A DNA stretch of 64,000 nucleotides from Candidatus Muproteobacteria bacterium (GCA_027449605.1 DAIDLH010000051.1:45037-109036); one strand, 5' to 3'; shown: positions 19,913-30,644, counted from the stretch's first letter. The notes: a model not told the origin generated them from the sequence alone. Numbers and translations: made by a program.

Positions 19913-22108
19913 TTAACGATGGAATCTGGTAGCGAGAATTGACAGTCGCGCACGAAACTGCAGTAATCGCTCGCATGCCCTCTTCGTCAACAATGTGCCG
20001 AGAATCCGCATAGCAACGCGATAGATTGGGCGAACCAGCGGGAAAAGAAGATTTGCGCTACGTTTCACTACTGTAATGACATATCGGGGGCCAGCGATAC
20101 CGCAAGTCCTGACTCGTTGCCGGACTTTTTCAATCCTCAGGATTCGCGACAGACCGGCAGCAACATGGCGCGCAATGCCCGGCACGCCCTCCCGCCGGTA
20201 AACCTGAGAGGCATACCACGCGTGATGCCGCCAAAGCAACGGCCAAAGCCGTGGATGTCGCGCCATATAATCGTAAACACTCTCACCGAGCGGCGACAAA
20301 AGAACCGGATATCGGATAAATGCCTTATACACATCGTGAAAATCGGGACTAAGAAATTCCGTGAAAATGGCATCGAGCACATCCTGGTGCCGCATTGGAT
20401 TCCGCATACCCTCCGCAGAATAAGACGTGACCCTTGCTCTCAGCGCAGCCTGGACCTCGGGAAGTATGCAAATTCCATAACGAAGTGCTATCACCTGCGC
20501 GGCAAACCAATCCGAATGCCATTCCATGCGGTTATGGTAGGCGCCTATGCTCTTCAATGCTTCACGGCGTATGATCGCGGCATTCGTGGATAGCCACACG
20601 ATTTCATGTTGCAGCCATTCCCGCAGTTGTTCCGGCGACATGTACTCCGGCATGCGGCTAAAATCGAATACCGGCGCGATGTCGCGCTGGGCAACGATTA
20701 CCTCGCTTCCCTCGTGAAACAAGGCATATTCGGAGAGACAAATCCCCACGTGCGGGTACTTTCTCCCCAGCGCGAGCATTTTTTCAAAGAATTGGGGTAA
20801 CACCTTGTCATCAGCCGCCGCCCAATTGATGTAATCGCCCGTTGCCACGCTCAGCGCTCGATTTATGCTGAACTGCAGCCCTCTATTGCGTTCGTTCCTG
20901 AGTACTTTGATAAATGGATAACGTGAAGCGAATTCATTGATAATATCCATACTATTATCCGTTGAGCCGTCATCGACGATGATCAACTCATCCGGTGGTT
21001 GTGTCTGCGTGCAAATGGCTCCGAGTGAATCGCGTAAATAATGCGCATGATTGTAATTAGCGAAAAGCACTGATAATGTTGGACGACTGGTGGAAAGAAC
21101 CGGCATGGCATCGCCACAACGGTAACGGCTGCCACGTGTTTCATCGATTACCCGCTCTTTGGCGATGTTCTTCGGAAAGAACTTCTCTTCGACGAGCAGC
21201 CGATATTTGCGGTATCCCGGGAAAAACGGCCAGCCAAATGGCGACCGCTTCATGGCCGGCAACACATGTTGTCCGAGCGGTGAAAACAGCACCGGATAGC
21301 GGCGGAAAGTCCATGCGATGTCCCAGTATCGCGATCTTAGCAGCGTTTTGAATACTGACTGAATTACCTTTCGTTGCCGGACAGGATCCTTCAAGCCCTG
21401 GCTGGAATAAGAGTCACCGCGCGCGCGGATTGCGGAAAGCACCTTAGGCACCACACAGGTCCCGTGGCGTAACGCGATAATAGTGTATAAAAACCAATCC
21501 GTATGCCAGCGTAACTCGGAGCGGAATCTTCCCGCCTGACGGATCGCCTCGACACTGGCGATCACCGTGTTTCCTGAGATCCAGACTATCCCCTGGTCCA
21601 AATGTTCCCTGAACAACGAAGGCGTCATGTATTCCGGATATCGCTTGATATCGAAGGAACCACCTTGACTCACGTCCATTGAATAATCGTGCACGTTTCC
21701 CGTGGCGTCATCGAGAGTTGCATATGCCGAAAAACATAGCCCGGCACTGGGGTACTTCTCCAGTGCCGCCATCGATCGCTCGACGAAATCGGGGAAAAAA
21801 ATATCGTCGGCAGCGAGGAATGCGACATACCTGCTGTTGCACGCCTCTAGCCCGCGTTGAACCGAATACAGCACCCCTTTGTTGGAAGCATTCCGGACCA
21901 ATCGCAAATTACGGTGTCGTGCCTGATATTCACCTATGACAGCAAGACTGTCGTCGGTGGAACCATCATCAATAATGATCACTTCATCCGGCATCCTGGT
22001 CTGCCCAAAAATTCCGCCAAGCGAGGTGCGTAGGTAGTGCGCATGGTTGTAATTAGCCATAACAATGGCAATGGAAAAGTTGCTCACGACGTTCGTCTCG
22101 AAGACCAC
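19913..22108 (-). CDS. Tandem two-domain GT2 glycosyltransferase
   Basis: Two homologous halves, each with ANYNHAHYLR.SL, DDGSTD, AADD, WH.DWF and RYPVL.SPLG. Confidence 0.88.
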   Translation of the reverse strand: MVFETNVVSNFSIAIVMANYNHAHYLRTSLGGIFGQTRMPDEVIIIDDGSTDDSLAVIGEYQARHRNLRLVRNASNKGVLYSVQRGLEACNSRYVAFLAADDIFFPDFVERSMAALEKYPSAGLCFSAYATLDDATGNVHDYSMDVSQGGSFDIKRYPEYMTPSLFREHLDQGIVWISGNTVIASVEAIRQAGRFRSELRWHTDWFLYTIIALRHGTCVVPKVLSAIRARGDSYSSQGLKDPVRQRKVIQSVFKTLLRSRYWDIAWTFRRYPVLFSPLGQHVLPAMKRSPFGWPFFPGYRKYRLLVEEKFFPKNIAKERVIDETRGSRYRCGDAMPVLSTSRPTLSVLFANYNHAHYLRDSLGAICTQTQPPDELIIVDDGSTDNSMDIINEFASRYPFIKVLRNERNRGLQFSINRALSVATGDYINWAAADDKVLPQFFEKMLALGRKYPHVGICLSEYALFHEGSEVIVAQRDIAPVFDFSRMPEYMSPEQLREWLQHEIVWLSTNAAIIRREALKSIGAYHNRMEWHSDWFAAQVIALRYGICILPEVQAALRARVTSYSAEGMRNPMRHQDVLDAIFTEFLSPDFHDVYKAFIRYPVLLSPLGESVYDYMARHPRLWPLLWRHHAWYASQVYRREGVPGIARHVAAGLSRILRIEKVRQRVRTCGIAGPRYVITVVKRSANLLFPLVRPIYRVAMRILGTLLTKRACERLLQFRARLSILATRFHR

Positions 22109-22186
22109 GCTCGTTCATTACGGCGACATTCGCTGATGCATAACATTTTTTTCAGGGCGTCAGACGGGGTATTGCTGCCAATGGAT

Positions 22187-23428
22187 TCAGAGCGTGTGCC
22201 GAGCTGCTGCATACGCATCAAGCGTGTGGCATATGACCAGCTGGCCTGTTTCCAGCAGATTTGCGTCAAATGCCTGTAATTTTTTAATGGCGGCGCCGTT
22301 GCCACCGACGATACAGTGCTCCCCTTGCCACGCGAACTGGTCCTGGAACGTACGGCCGCCTCCGAGGCGCTTCCCCCAAAGCGCGGGATACATCAGACGC
22401 AATCGCGAGGCAACGTGTCGTGCCCGCAACAGCACACACCGGGCGAAATACCGCACGGGAGATTCAATCGCCGATGCCGGCAATACGCTCGCCTTGAACG
22501 CTTCTGCCACCGTCTCAACCCTGTCCTTCCGGGCCAAATGAGCGGATATGGCGGCACTCAAGCCTTGTTCCTTGATCGAAGCGAAAACATACCGAACATG
22601 GACAAGATCAAGAATCCGTCCGACCTCAGCGCGACTGTAGCCTTGCGCAACTTCCGGCAAGGCAGAGAGAAATTCAAGCAACTCATTGCGATATTTGGCG
22701 TACGCGCCCAACAACCCTTCCGGGTCGGCGGCCAGCCATTCGACAGGATGCCAGCAAGTCGGATTTCCCGCGGATGGCGAGCGCCTCCTGCCAGCATAAA
22801 CCACGGGGATTCGTCGCACTTTTCCCATGGCCGATGTCAGGGCGCTTTGCATGATTTCGAAAAAAAGGGAATTCTCCTGTCGTACGATGATGCTGAATAC
22901 ACGCCGCTGCACTTCCGTGCGATAGATGGCGTAAAAATTCGACTGGTAATCCTTGAACAAGAAGGCGATGCGCTCGATCGCGTTCTCATGATCCAGGGAT
23001 AAATAATCATAGGGAACATCATCCACGAAATAACGGCGTTCACTCTCCGAGAACGCAAAGTAAAGACCCTGGGCACCGACATGATCTGGATGGCGCTCCA
23101 GGTGTTCTACACATTTATCGATGGCATCCGGTATGATGATGTCATCGTCAGCACACAGGGAACAGTATCTCGTTTCCACGTTCATCAGGCCATCGTACAG
23201 CTTCTGTCTGAACGCCGTGGTTGACGGATAGGGACGATAGTCAACATGAAGCGACAGGCCCGCGATCATGCTACGGTTCTTATCGGCGTCTTCCATGTCA
23301 CTGGAATCGAGCACCAGGACAGGAAATTTCACGCGCATTCGTTCGAGATACGTAAGCAATGCAGCGAGCCATGCATGCCGGTTATACGTGGGAATAACAA
23401 GCGTGTAGTTGATTCGCGCGTGGGTCAT
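22187..23428 (-). CDS. GT2-like glycosyltransferase (TIGR04440-type)
   Basis: TLVIPTYNRH, VLDSS, LCADDD.IIP, YAIYRTEV, FFEIMQS. Confidence 0.7.
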   Translation of the reverse strand: MTHARINYTLVIPTYNRHAWLAALLTYLERMRVKFPVLVLDSSDMEDADKNRSMIAGLSLHVDYRPYPSTTAFRQKLYDGLMNVETRYCSLCADDDIIIPDAIDKCVEHLERHPDHVGAQGLYFAFSESERRYFVDDVPYDYLSLDHENAIERIAFLFKDYQSNFYAIYRTEVQRRVFSIIVRQENSLFFEIMQSALTSAMGKVRRIPVVYAGRRRSPSAGNPTCWHPVEWLAADPEGLLGAYAKYRNELLEFLSALPEVAQGYSRAEVGRILDLVHVRYVFASIKEQGLSAAISAHLARKDRVETVAEAFKASVLPASAIESPVRYFARCVLLRARHVASRLRLMYPALWGKRLGGGRTFQDQFAWQGEHCIVGGNGAAIKKLQAFDANLLETGQLVICHTLDAYAAARHTL

Positions 23429-23612
23429 CTGTCATGCGGAGACAATACCGGTACATGGCCGATACACATCCGATTCCGTTTCGGTATTGACATCTTTTTC
23501 GGTGCTCGGGGGTCGGCGCAACACGCCGGACCCATTAACCCAACCAGCGGATCGGGTCACCTAAAGCAGTTGGTCTGATATTTACTGACGGGGATACGCG
23601 TTTTCAATCCGA

Positions 23613-24512
23613 TCAAATCATATTTGACATGACCGATATCCGCGGCGTTAGCTCGATACAGCTGGATATGCTTTCAATACTGTCCGCGCTGCCGATACCG
23701 AATTCCGTTTTCAGGCGGCTCATGTTAAGCGTGGCATGACGCGGCATCTGCTCGACGTTGATGCCTTTTTTTCGTGCCGAAATGGGGTTTACAAGACCCG
23801 GATCCGCGCCGCAGCGTCTGGCTATGTAATACGCCGCCTCGGCGTAGGTCAGCGAGGTCGAGCCGGACGCGTGGAATATGCCTTCCGGTTTTTTAGCGGT
23901 AAGCATGGCGGCGATCTCCGCCACGTAGCGCGTGCTGATGGGAGCAAAAAAAAGATCGGCAAATGGAGTTATGACTTCACCCTGCAGCAGTGAACTGCGC
24001 CAACCGTCAAACAGCTTGAAAGATCTGGGTAGGACCTTTGTCAGTCTTAAAACTGCCGCTTTGCCGGGCCAAGACAATAATTCACGTTCCACCGCCACTT
24101 TTTGACGCCCGTACTCAGTCACCGGGGATTGCTGCGTGTCTTCATCCAGATTTGGCCTGCTACCATCAAAGACGAGATTACTCGAGACAAATACCACATA
24201 GATTTCATGATCGAGTAATCGTCTGATAGCAGACAGAGTTCCTGTTACATTCACATAGTGAGAATCAACGGGATCCGCTTCGCAGTCCGCCAGCGCAGTC
24301 ACCCCTGCCAGAATGACCGCACAGTCGATGTTCGCCGGTGGTTGCCAACGAGACAAATCCTGGCGCAAATCAAGGAAAAGATGGTTTGGATTAACTAGCC
24401 GCCTGCTGGTTCCAATGCAATCTTTGCCCCACGCCTGAAAATGCTTGGCGATAGCGCCTCCAATCATGCTATCGATACCGACGATCAGTACCTTATTATT
24501 TTTCCTTCCCAT
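23613..24512 (-). CDS. RmlD-like NDP-4-keto-sugar reductase (atypical GIDSMIG motif)
   Basis: FVSSNLVFDG, YGRQK, LRLTKV, PFADLFFAP. Confidence 0.7.
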   Translation of the reverse strand: MGRKNNKVLIVGIDSMIGGAIAKHFQAWGKDCIGTSRRLVNPNHLFLDLRQDLSRWQPPANIDCAVILAGVTALADCEADPVDSHYVNVTGTLSAIRRLLDHEIYVVFVSSNLVFDGSRPNLDEDTQQSPVTEYGRQKVAVERELLSWPGKAAVLRLTKVLPRSFKLFDGWRSSLLQGEVITPFADLFFAPISTRYVAEIAAMLTAKKPEGIFHASGSTSLTYAEAAYYIARRCGADPGLVNPISARKKGINVEQMPRHATLNMSRLKTEFGIGSADSIESISSCIELTPRISVMSNMI

Positions 24513-24579
24513 GAGAAACCTTAATTATTTTCCTCCATGAATCGCCAAACTTAGAACGTTATAACATGTTTAGCTCCAA

Positions 24580-25920
24580 TCATTCCAAACGATAATTTCC
24601 CCAGTTCAATCTTGGCCGTAGTGGATAAGGCCAATAACCCCGGTACTCATCATGCATGGCCGGACCGTCAATGACGGTAAAGCGCAGACAATGGTCGGCT
24701 TGCGCCTCCGGTACGGTGTCATGGATTATATTGGCATAAATACTGAACTCTCCTGAATTCAGGAAAAATCCCGGTATTTGACACTTCGATTCATATCGTC
24801 CTTTTTTATGATATTCCTGCTTATAGTCACCTATGTCAATGCAGGCTGACCTGTAATTATTGACAGTTAAAAGCGGATAGCCTGTGTTGTCATACAAGGT
24901 AATGCTGGCGTTAAGTTTTACATTGTCAACCAGAACCTGATATTCAATATCAATTGAAAATTCCTCATCGGAACTCACTTGCAGACAAATGGCGCCCTTC
25001 TTGACGATTCGGACCGCCTTGATGCGTGCCACCATCCCACCGGGCGCCTCGGAGATATCGGACCATACTTTTTCACCCAAGGGGCGCTCCTGAGTGGTCG
25101 TTATCGTGTCCGTATAATCCTTGATTGTGCCCTCCACTTCGCCATCGTGAACAACTCGCCCGTGTTCAAGCAGGATCGCCCTGTTGCAAAAAGAACGTAT
25201 GGCCGAAGTACTATGGCTCACTAGGATCACCGTCCGTCCGCTCTTGAGAACATCGCGTATCTTTCTCAGTGATCTTTCCTGAAATTCGGCATCGCCAACG
25301 GAAAGAACTTCGTCAAGAAACAGGATGTCAGTATCAAGATTGACCGCGATCGAGAAAGCCAGGCGCACGTACATACCGCTCGAGTAATGCTTCACGGGCA
25401 TGTACAGAAATTTCTTTATGCCCGAGAATTCCACGATTTCGTCATACTTACGGCGAATTTCCTGTTGCTTCATGCCGATGAGCGCGCCGTTTAAAAAGAT
25501 ATTCTCGTGCCCGCTGAGTTCCGGATGAAAGCCAGCACCGACCTCCAGCAACGAACCGACACGACCCCGGATTACCGCGCTGCCCGTGGTCGGCAACACC
25601 ACCCTGGAGAGTATCTTCAGGAGCGTGCTTTTTCCGGCGCCGTTACTCCCGATCAGCCCGACGACCTCACCGTGGCCAACCTCGAAACTGACATTTGTGA
25701 GCGCCCAGAATTCCTCCGCCCTGATCTGTTGCGTCGGAAAAACAGGGTCACGGTTCGCTTGACCAGCGCCGTCACGCAGACCACCGAGCCACCTCCAGGG
25801 CGCCGTCAGGGCACGCTCAACATCCTCACGCAACAGGCTTTTGGGAGAAGCGGCGCCCGCCGAGGTTTGAATCAGGTATTTTTTCCCGATTCCGTTCAAT
25901 TTTATCGCGAAATTTCCCAC
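24580..25920 (-). CDS. wzt: Wzt ABC transporter ATPase with C-terminal carbohydrate-binding domain
   Basis: FWAL.NVSF, GSNGAGKST, YSSGMYVRLAF, LDEVLSVGD, VSHS, plus a C-terminal extension of about 170 aa. Confidence 0.92.
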   Translation of the reverse strand: MGNFAIKLNGIGKKYLIQTSAGAASPKSLLREDVERALTAPWRWLGGLRDGAGQANRDPVFPTQQIRAEEFWALTNVSFEVGHGEVVGLIGSNGAGKSTLLKILSRVVLPTTGSAVIRGRVGSLLEVGAGFHPELSGHENIFLNGALIGMKQQEIRRKYDEIVEFSGIKKFLYMPVKHYSSGMYVRLAFSIAVNLDTDILFLDEVLSVGDAEFQERSLRKIRDVLKSGRTVILVSHSTSAIRSFCNRAILLEHGRVVHDGEVEGTIKDYTDTITTTQERPLGEKVWSDISEAPGGMVARIKAVRIVKKGAICLQVSSDEEFSIDIEYQVLVDNVKLNASITLYDNTGYPLLTVNNYRSACIDIGDYKQEYHKKGRYESKCQIPGFFLNSGEFSIYANIIHDTVPEAQADHCLRFTVIDGPAMHDEYRGYWPYPLRPRLNWGNYRLE

Positions 25921-25948
25921 GACTTGCTTCTGAATTCCTATTGGGTCA

Positions 25949-26845
25949 CTAACTCAAGTGATCGCCAAGATGCTTGGTAAATTTGTTAAAAAACACAAAA
26001 CCGGAAATCAGAAACACTAAACTGCCTGCTACGGCAACCGTGGTGGCGAAAGCAGGAAAGGCGCCGCCAAACAGACACCAGTGGATCCCGATCATGACTC
26101 CCGCCAGCGGGTTTAACATCAAATATCGCGCGAACTCCGGCGGCCAGAAACTCAAGGGATAGACGACTGGTGTCAGAAACATCAGCACCATCGTGATAAA
26201 CGGCAGAATCACGCCAATGTCTCTATAGCGCACGTTTAACATTGAAGTCCAGAGCATCAATCCAACGGCATTGCAGATAAGGAGCGTCCAGTATATCGGC
26301 AGGTACAATATCGACAGGTGAACTTCCCGATAATAAAAAATGGCAAAGTACAGCAGATAAAGCGTGACCATGATAAACAGGTCGAATAACGCCGCCGCGG
26401 CGAACGCCAGCGGGACGATAATGGGAGGGAAATATACGCGCGACAAAATTCCCTGTTCACCGACAAGACAACTTGAACCATCGGAAATACACCGCGCGAG
26501 GAACTGCCAGTGGATATAACCTGCGATGACGAAGACGTGATAGGGTGTATTTCCGGTCGGGAAACGCGCAAAATATCCAAATACCAGACTAAACACCGTC
26601 ATCATGATGAGCGGTTGCAAGAGCAACCAGCTGGCTCCCGCCACGGTCTGTTTATAGCGGATGCTGAGGTATCGCCTGGTCAGTACGCTCAACAGCTCCT
26701 TATACTGAAACACTTCTCGCAGCCTGGCGAAATTCGAGGGTGGTTCCGGCTGGATATAGACTAAATCAGACTTTCCCACGTTCACTGCTTTTCCGGCCAT
26801 CGGTGAACGCGCGCCTTCCCCGGCACCTGTCTCGACGCTGTTCAT
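25949..26845 (-). CDS. wzm: Wzm ABC transporter permease
   Basis: RYKQTVAGASW..LQPL, about six TM helices, RYRDI, FLTPVVYP, NPLAG. Confidence 0.92.
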   Translation of the reverse strand: MNSVETGAGEGARSPMAGKAVNVGKSDLVYIQPEPPSNFARLREVFQYKELLSVLTRRYLSIRYKQTVAGASWLLLQPLIMMTVFSLVFGYFARFPTGNTPYHVFVIAGYIHWQFLARCISDGSSCLVGEQGILSRVYFPPIIVPLAFAAAALFDLFIMVTLYLLYFAIFYYREVHLSILYLPIYWTLLICNAVGLMLWTSMLNVRYRDIGVILPFITMVLMFLTPVVYPLSFWPPEFARYLMLNPLAGVMIGIHWCLFGGAFPAFATTVAVAGSLVFLISGFVFFNKFTKHLGDHLS

Positions 26846-26867
26846 GCCGTTAACCAGGTCATGCCGC

Positions 26868-27791
26868 TCATTTTCTCGCTTGCACGCTCGACAGGCGATG
26901 TCGCCACCAAGCGATGGTATCGACGATTCCTGATTCCAAGTCGAATTTAGGCTTCCATCCTATTTCAGTCGTCAGCCGGGTCACGTCCGCCAACAGTAAC
27001 GGCGGTTCTTCGGCGGCTATTTCTTGCTCGCCGAGCCTGAGAAGATCCTCGGCAGCCAGCTTCGATGCGATCATCGTGACAACATCCTTCACGGCTACCG
27101 GCTTTCCAGAGGCTATATTGACCGGTCCTGTCAATTCACCATCCAATACGGCCACGAATGCTGATGCCACATCATCGACATGCAGGAAATCCCGTATCTG
27201 CCGCCCATGCGTACATGTTGCGGGGCGTCCGTTGAGCAGGGAGAAGATGACCGAGGATACCAGCCGTCGCGGATGTTCGCCTGGGCCGTACAGAAAAAAT
27301 ATACGTCCCCATGCACTCGCGACACCGTTCTGCTTTGCCAACGCTTCTTCAACCAGATGCAGCGCGTGCTTGCAAGTGCCATACAGAGACTTCGGCGCGA
27401 GAGGGGTCACGTATTCCTTACAGCAGCCTGAAGCCCAGTCATATTCCGCACATGTCCCGGCCAGCATGGCACGTTTGCCGCCATGCGCGGCAAACGTGTT
27501 AAACAGATCCAGACTCGCCTGCAACCAGCGCAGGTTTTCGGTTGATTCCCAGTATTTTCCCGGCTCGGCATACCACGCAAAATGCAACAAATGTGTCGGC
27601 CTGACTTTTTTCATTATCACAGCCAGCGCCAATGCGTCGAACAGATCCCCCCGATGCCACGTCACCCCCGGAGTACTTTCAGCAACCGAACGGAAATGGA
27701 TGGCGTGCACGTCGTACTCCCTGTCGATCAGGTGAGCAAGGCTGTGTTTGCCGATGAAGCCGGTGGCGCCGGTCACTAGCACTCTTTTCAT
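26868..27791 (-). CDS. Extended SDR, probable CDP-4-keto-6-deoxyhexose reductase
   Basis: TGATGFIG, HFAW, GTCAEY, YGTCK, RDFLHVDDVA; last gene of the rfbFG block. Confidence 0.75.
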   Translation of the reverse strand: MKRVLVTGATGFIGKHSLAHLIDREYDVHAIHFRSVAESTPGVTWHRGDLFDALALAVIMKKVRPTHLLHFAWYAEPGKYWESTENLRWLQASLDLFNTFAAHGGKRAMLAGTCAEYDWASGCCKEYVTPLAPKSLYGTCKHALHLVEEALAKQNGVASAWGRIFFLYGPGEHPRRLVSSVIFSLLNGRPATCTHGRQIRDFLHVDDVASAFVAVLDGELTGPVNIASGKPVAVKDVVTMIASKLAAEDLLRLGEQEIAAEEPPLLLADVTRLTTEIGWKPKFDLESGIVDTIAWWRHRLSSVQARK

Positions 27792-28318
27792 GATCCTAAA
27801 TCGGAATACTGCGCATCGCGGTCGGAAAGAGCCGTCGGTGCAAGCGGCCAGTCGATGCCAAATACCGGATCGTTCCAGCGGACACCCTTCGACGACTCCT
27901 CGCGATAGAACTGGGAAATCTGGTAAAAAACTTCGGTGTTGTCCTCGAGCGTCTGAAATCCGTGCGCAAATCCGACCGGGATATAAAGCGCATTACGGTT
28001 TTCAGCAGTCAACATCACCCCCACCCACCGCTTAAATGTCGGTGAGTCGCGGCGCAGATCGACAATGACGTCATAAACCGATCCCATTGTGCAACGCACG
28101 AGCTTTGTCTCGGCATAAGGATCGTCCTGGTAATGCAAGCCCCTCAACGTACCTTTGGTTTTATTGAAGGAGACACTGCATTGCGCCCAATTCACAACCA
28201 GCCCGTGTGCCTCGAATTCGTTAACGCAAAAAGTCCTGGCAAAAAAACCACGCTTATCGCCATGGAGTTCGGGCTCCACGAGATATGCTCCGCGAAGTCT
28301 TGTCTCTGAGAACTTCAA
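27788..28318 (-). CDS. rfbC: RmlC-like NDP-4-keto-6-deoxyhexose 3,5-epimerase
   Basis: D.RGFFAR, GTLRGLHYQ, KLVRC, GFAHGFQTL; TTG start at 28318 overlaps the upstream TGA. Confidence 0.9.
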   Translation of the reverse strand: MKFSETRLRGAYLVEPELHGDKRGFFARTFCVNEFEAHGLVVNWAQCSVSFNKTKGTLRGLHYQDDPYAETKLVRCTMGSVYDVIVDLRRDSPTFKRWVGVMLTAENRNALYIPVGFAHGFQTLEDNTEVFYQISQFYREESSKGVRWNDPVFGIDWPLAPTALSDRDAQYSDLGS

Positions 28319-29571
28319 TCGAGCACTTTCACCTGCGGTATAGGCACGATAAATCTCCCGCCCCAGTCCCGAATGTGCGCCATTTGTTCCATGATCTCGT
28401 TCTTGAGATTCCACGGCAGAATCAACAGATAATCCGGTTTGGTCGCGCGAATTTCCTCAGGACCATGAATGGGGATTCGCGTCCCGGGCAAGAAACGTCC
28501 TTGCTTGTGCGGGCTACGATCAACAGTGTAATCCAGGAAATCACCTCGTATGCCACAATAGTTGAGCAAAGTATTTCCCTTCGCCGGCGCACCATAGCCG
28601 ACGACCGATTTCCCTTCACGTTTGACGCTAATCAGGAATTCCAGCAAGTTTCGCTTGGTGGCACAAGCGTTCTCAGAGAACTTTGCATAGGTTGCGATAT
28701 CGGTTATCCCGGAAGCGATCTCGCGATTTCTGAGCAACCCCACGTTTTCGTTCACTGCATAACTCTCGTGTTCGGTGTGCCGCGCATAGATACGCAGCGA
28801 TCCGCCATGGGTGGGGAGTTCCTCGATGTCGAAAAGCGTTAGACCATGCCTGGTAAAGATCCTTTCCACTGTGACAAGCGAAAAATACGAAAAGTGCTCG
28901 TGGTATATCGTGTCGAACTGGTTGTTCGCCATCAACTGCAGCAGGTGCGGGAACTCCATGGTGATGACACCGTCACGCTTGAGCGCGATTTTCAGGCCCG
29001 CAACGAAATCATTCACGTCAGGGACATGGGCCAGCACATTGTTGCCGAGCAGCAGATCCGCGAGTTTTCCGGAAACAGCCAGTTCCCTGGCCGTGTCAAC
29101 GCCAAAAAATTTTACCAGGGTGGGGATACCCGCCGCCTGCGCGACCTGCGCCACGTTCCCCGCTGGTTCGATGCCCAACACCGGTATTCCCCTGGCCTTG
29201 AAATTTTTAAGCAGATAGCCGTCATTACTGGCTATTTCAATCACCTGATTTGAAGGATCGAAACCGAAACGGCGTATCATCCAATCCGTATACGCCTCGG
29301 CATGATGCAGCCAGATCTCGGAATAAGACGAGAAATAGGCGTAATCGCTGAAAATATGCTGTGGGCTTTCGAACTCCTCCAGCTGCACCAGGAAACAGGA
29401 ATCGCACACATAAGCGTGCAATGGATAAAACGGTTCCATCTCCCGGTAATTCTCAGGCTTGATGAATGCATTGGATAAAGGCGACATCCCGAGGTCTACA
29501 AAGGTATGTGCCAGGGGCGCGCCACAGAAACGGCATCGACTGGCCTGCCGGCGTTTCGGCGCCGATTTCAT
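28315..29571 (-). CDS. NDP-hexose 3-C-methyltransferase (TylCIII/EryBIII-like)
   Basis: Zn motifs CRFC and CDSCFLVQL, EIASNDGYLL, NNVLAHVP, IYHEHFSYFS, YGAPAKGNTLLNY, LPWNL. Confidence 0.88.
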   Translation of the reverse strand: MKSAPKRRQASRCRFCGAPLAHTFVDLGMSPLSNAFIKPENYREMEPFYPLHAYVCDSCFLVQLEEFESPQHIFSDYAYFSSYSEIWLHHAEAYTDWMIRRFGFDPSNQVIEIASNDGYLLKNFKARGIPVLGIEPAGNVAQVAQAAGIPTLVKFFGVDTARELAVSGKLADLLLGNNVLAHVPDVNDFVAGLKIALKRDGVITMEFPHLLQLMANNQFDTIYHEHFSYFSLVTVERIFTRHGLTLFDIEELPTHGGSLRIYARHTEHESYAVNENVGLLRNREIASGITDIATYAKFSENACATKRNLLEFLISVKREGKSVVGYGAPAKGNTLLNYCGIRGDFLDYTVDRSPHKQGRFLPGTRIPIHGPEEIRATKPDYLLILPWNLKNEIMEQMAHIRDWGGRFIVPIPQVKVLD

Positions 29572-30644
29572 GCGGATGCCATCTCCTGGTATCGCTCGAC
29601 CTGGCTGATCGAAAACCGACGCATGTTTTCACTTTTCTGATACGCCTTGTACCACTCTGTGCTCCATTCGAGTGCGGAAGCTAACGTGAGCCTGGGGCGC
29701 CAAGCCAAGCGGGTTTTGGCCTTGGAGCAATCCAACTTGAGGTAATTCGCCTCGTGAGGCTGAGGGGAGGTATCGCGTGTCCAACACGCTCCGTTACCCC
29801 ACAGCGTGACGAGATGGTCGACAATCCAGGATACCGGTTTTGCGTCATCTTCATCCGCGCCGAAATTCCAGGCTCCGGCGTAGTGCCCCCCCTGCTTCCA
29901 CATCAACTCGATGAGTTGCAGATAACCCTGTAACGGCTCGAGCACATGCTGCCAAGGGCGGACAGCATCCGGATGACGGATCAAGACTGGATGCCCTTTC
30001 AGGAAGGCGCGTACGATATCCGGCAGCAACCGATCCTGCGCCCAATCCCCGCCGCCGATCACATTACCGGCCCGCGCGCTCGCGACAGCTACCGGACGAA
30101 AAGACGCGTTGTCCCCGCTGAAATAGGATTTTCGGTAAGCCGCCGTCACCAGCTCCGCGCAACCCTTACTGCTTGAGTAAGGGTCGTAACCGCCCATGGG
30201 CTCATGCTCGCCGTAACCCGTTAGCCGTTCCCTGTTCTCATAGCATTTATCGCTCGTGATGATCAGGGCAACACGAACGTCGTCGCTGTGGCGCACGGCT
30301 TCCAGCACATTGACCGTGCCCATGATATTCGTGGCGTAAGTCTCCACAGGGTTATTATAGGAATAACGCACAAGCGATTGGGCTGCCATGTGAATGACGA
30401 TTTCCGGCCGATGATTTTTCACCGCTGCTTTCACCGCCGTCAGGTCGCAAACGTCATCGTTCAACGAAATCATCCCTTCAGCCACATTGGCGGATTCGAA
30501 AAGATTGGGCTGGGAAGGAGGCTTGAGGGAATAGCCGATAACCTTGGCCCCTAGCTGCTGCAACCACAGACAGAGCCACCCGCCTTTGAAACCCGTGTGG
30601 CCGGTCACCAGCACCCGCTTGCCCCGCCAAAAGGAAGAATTCAT
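29568..30644 (-). CDS. rfbG: CDP-glucose 4,6-dehydratase
   Basis: FWRGKRVLVTGHTGFKGGWL, TSDKCY, YSSSK, RPWQHVLEPL; TGATG coupling with rfbF. Confidence 0.95.
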   Translation of the reverse strand: MNSSFWRGKRVLVTGHTGFKGGWLCLWLQQLGAKVIGYSLKPPSQPNLFESANVAEGMISLNDDVCDLTAVKAAVKNHRPEIVIHMAAQSLVRYSYNNPVETYATNIMGTVNVLEAVRHSDDVRVALIITSDKCYENRERLTGYGEHEPMGGYDPYSSSKGCAELVTAAYRKSYFSGDNASFRPVAVASARAGNVIGGGDWAQDRLLPDIVRAFLKGHPVLIRHPDAVRPWQHVLEPLQGYLQLIELMWKQGGHYAGAWNFGADEDDAKPVSWIVDHLVTLWGNGACWTRDTSPQPHEANYLKLDCSKAKTRLAWRPRLTLASALEWSTEWYKAYQKSENMRRFSISQVERYQEMASA

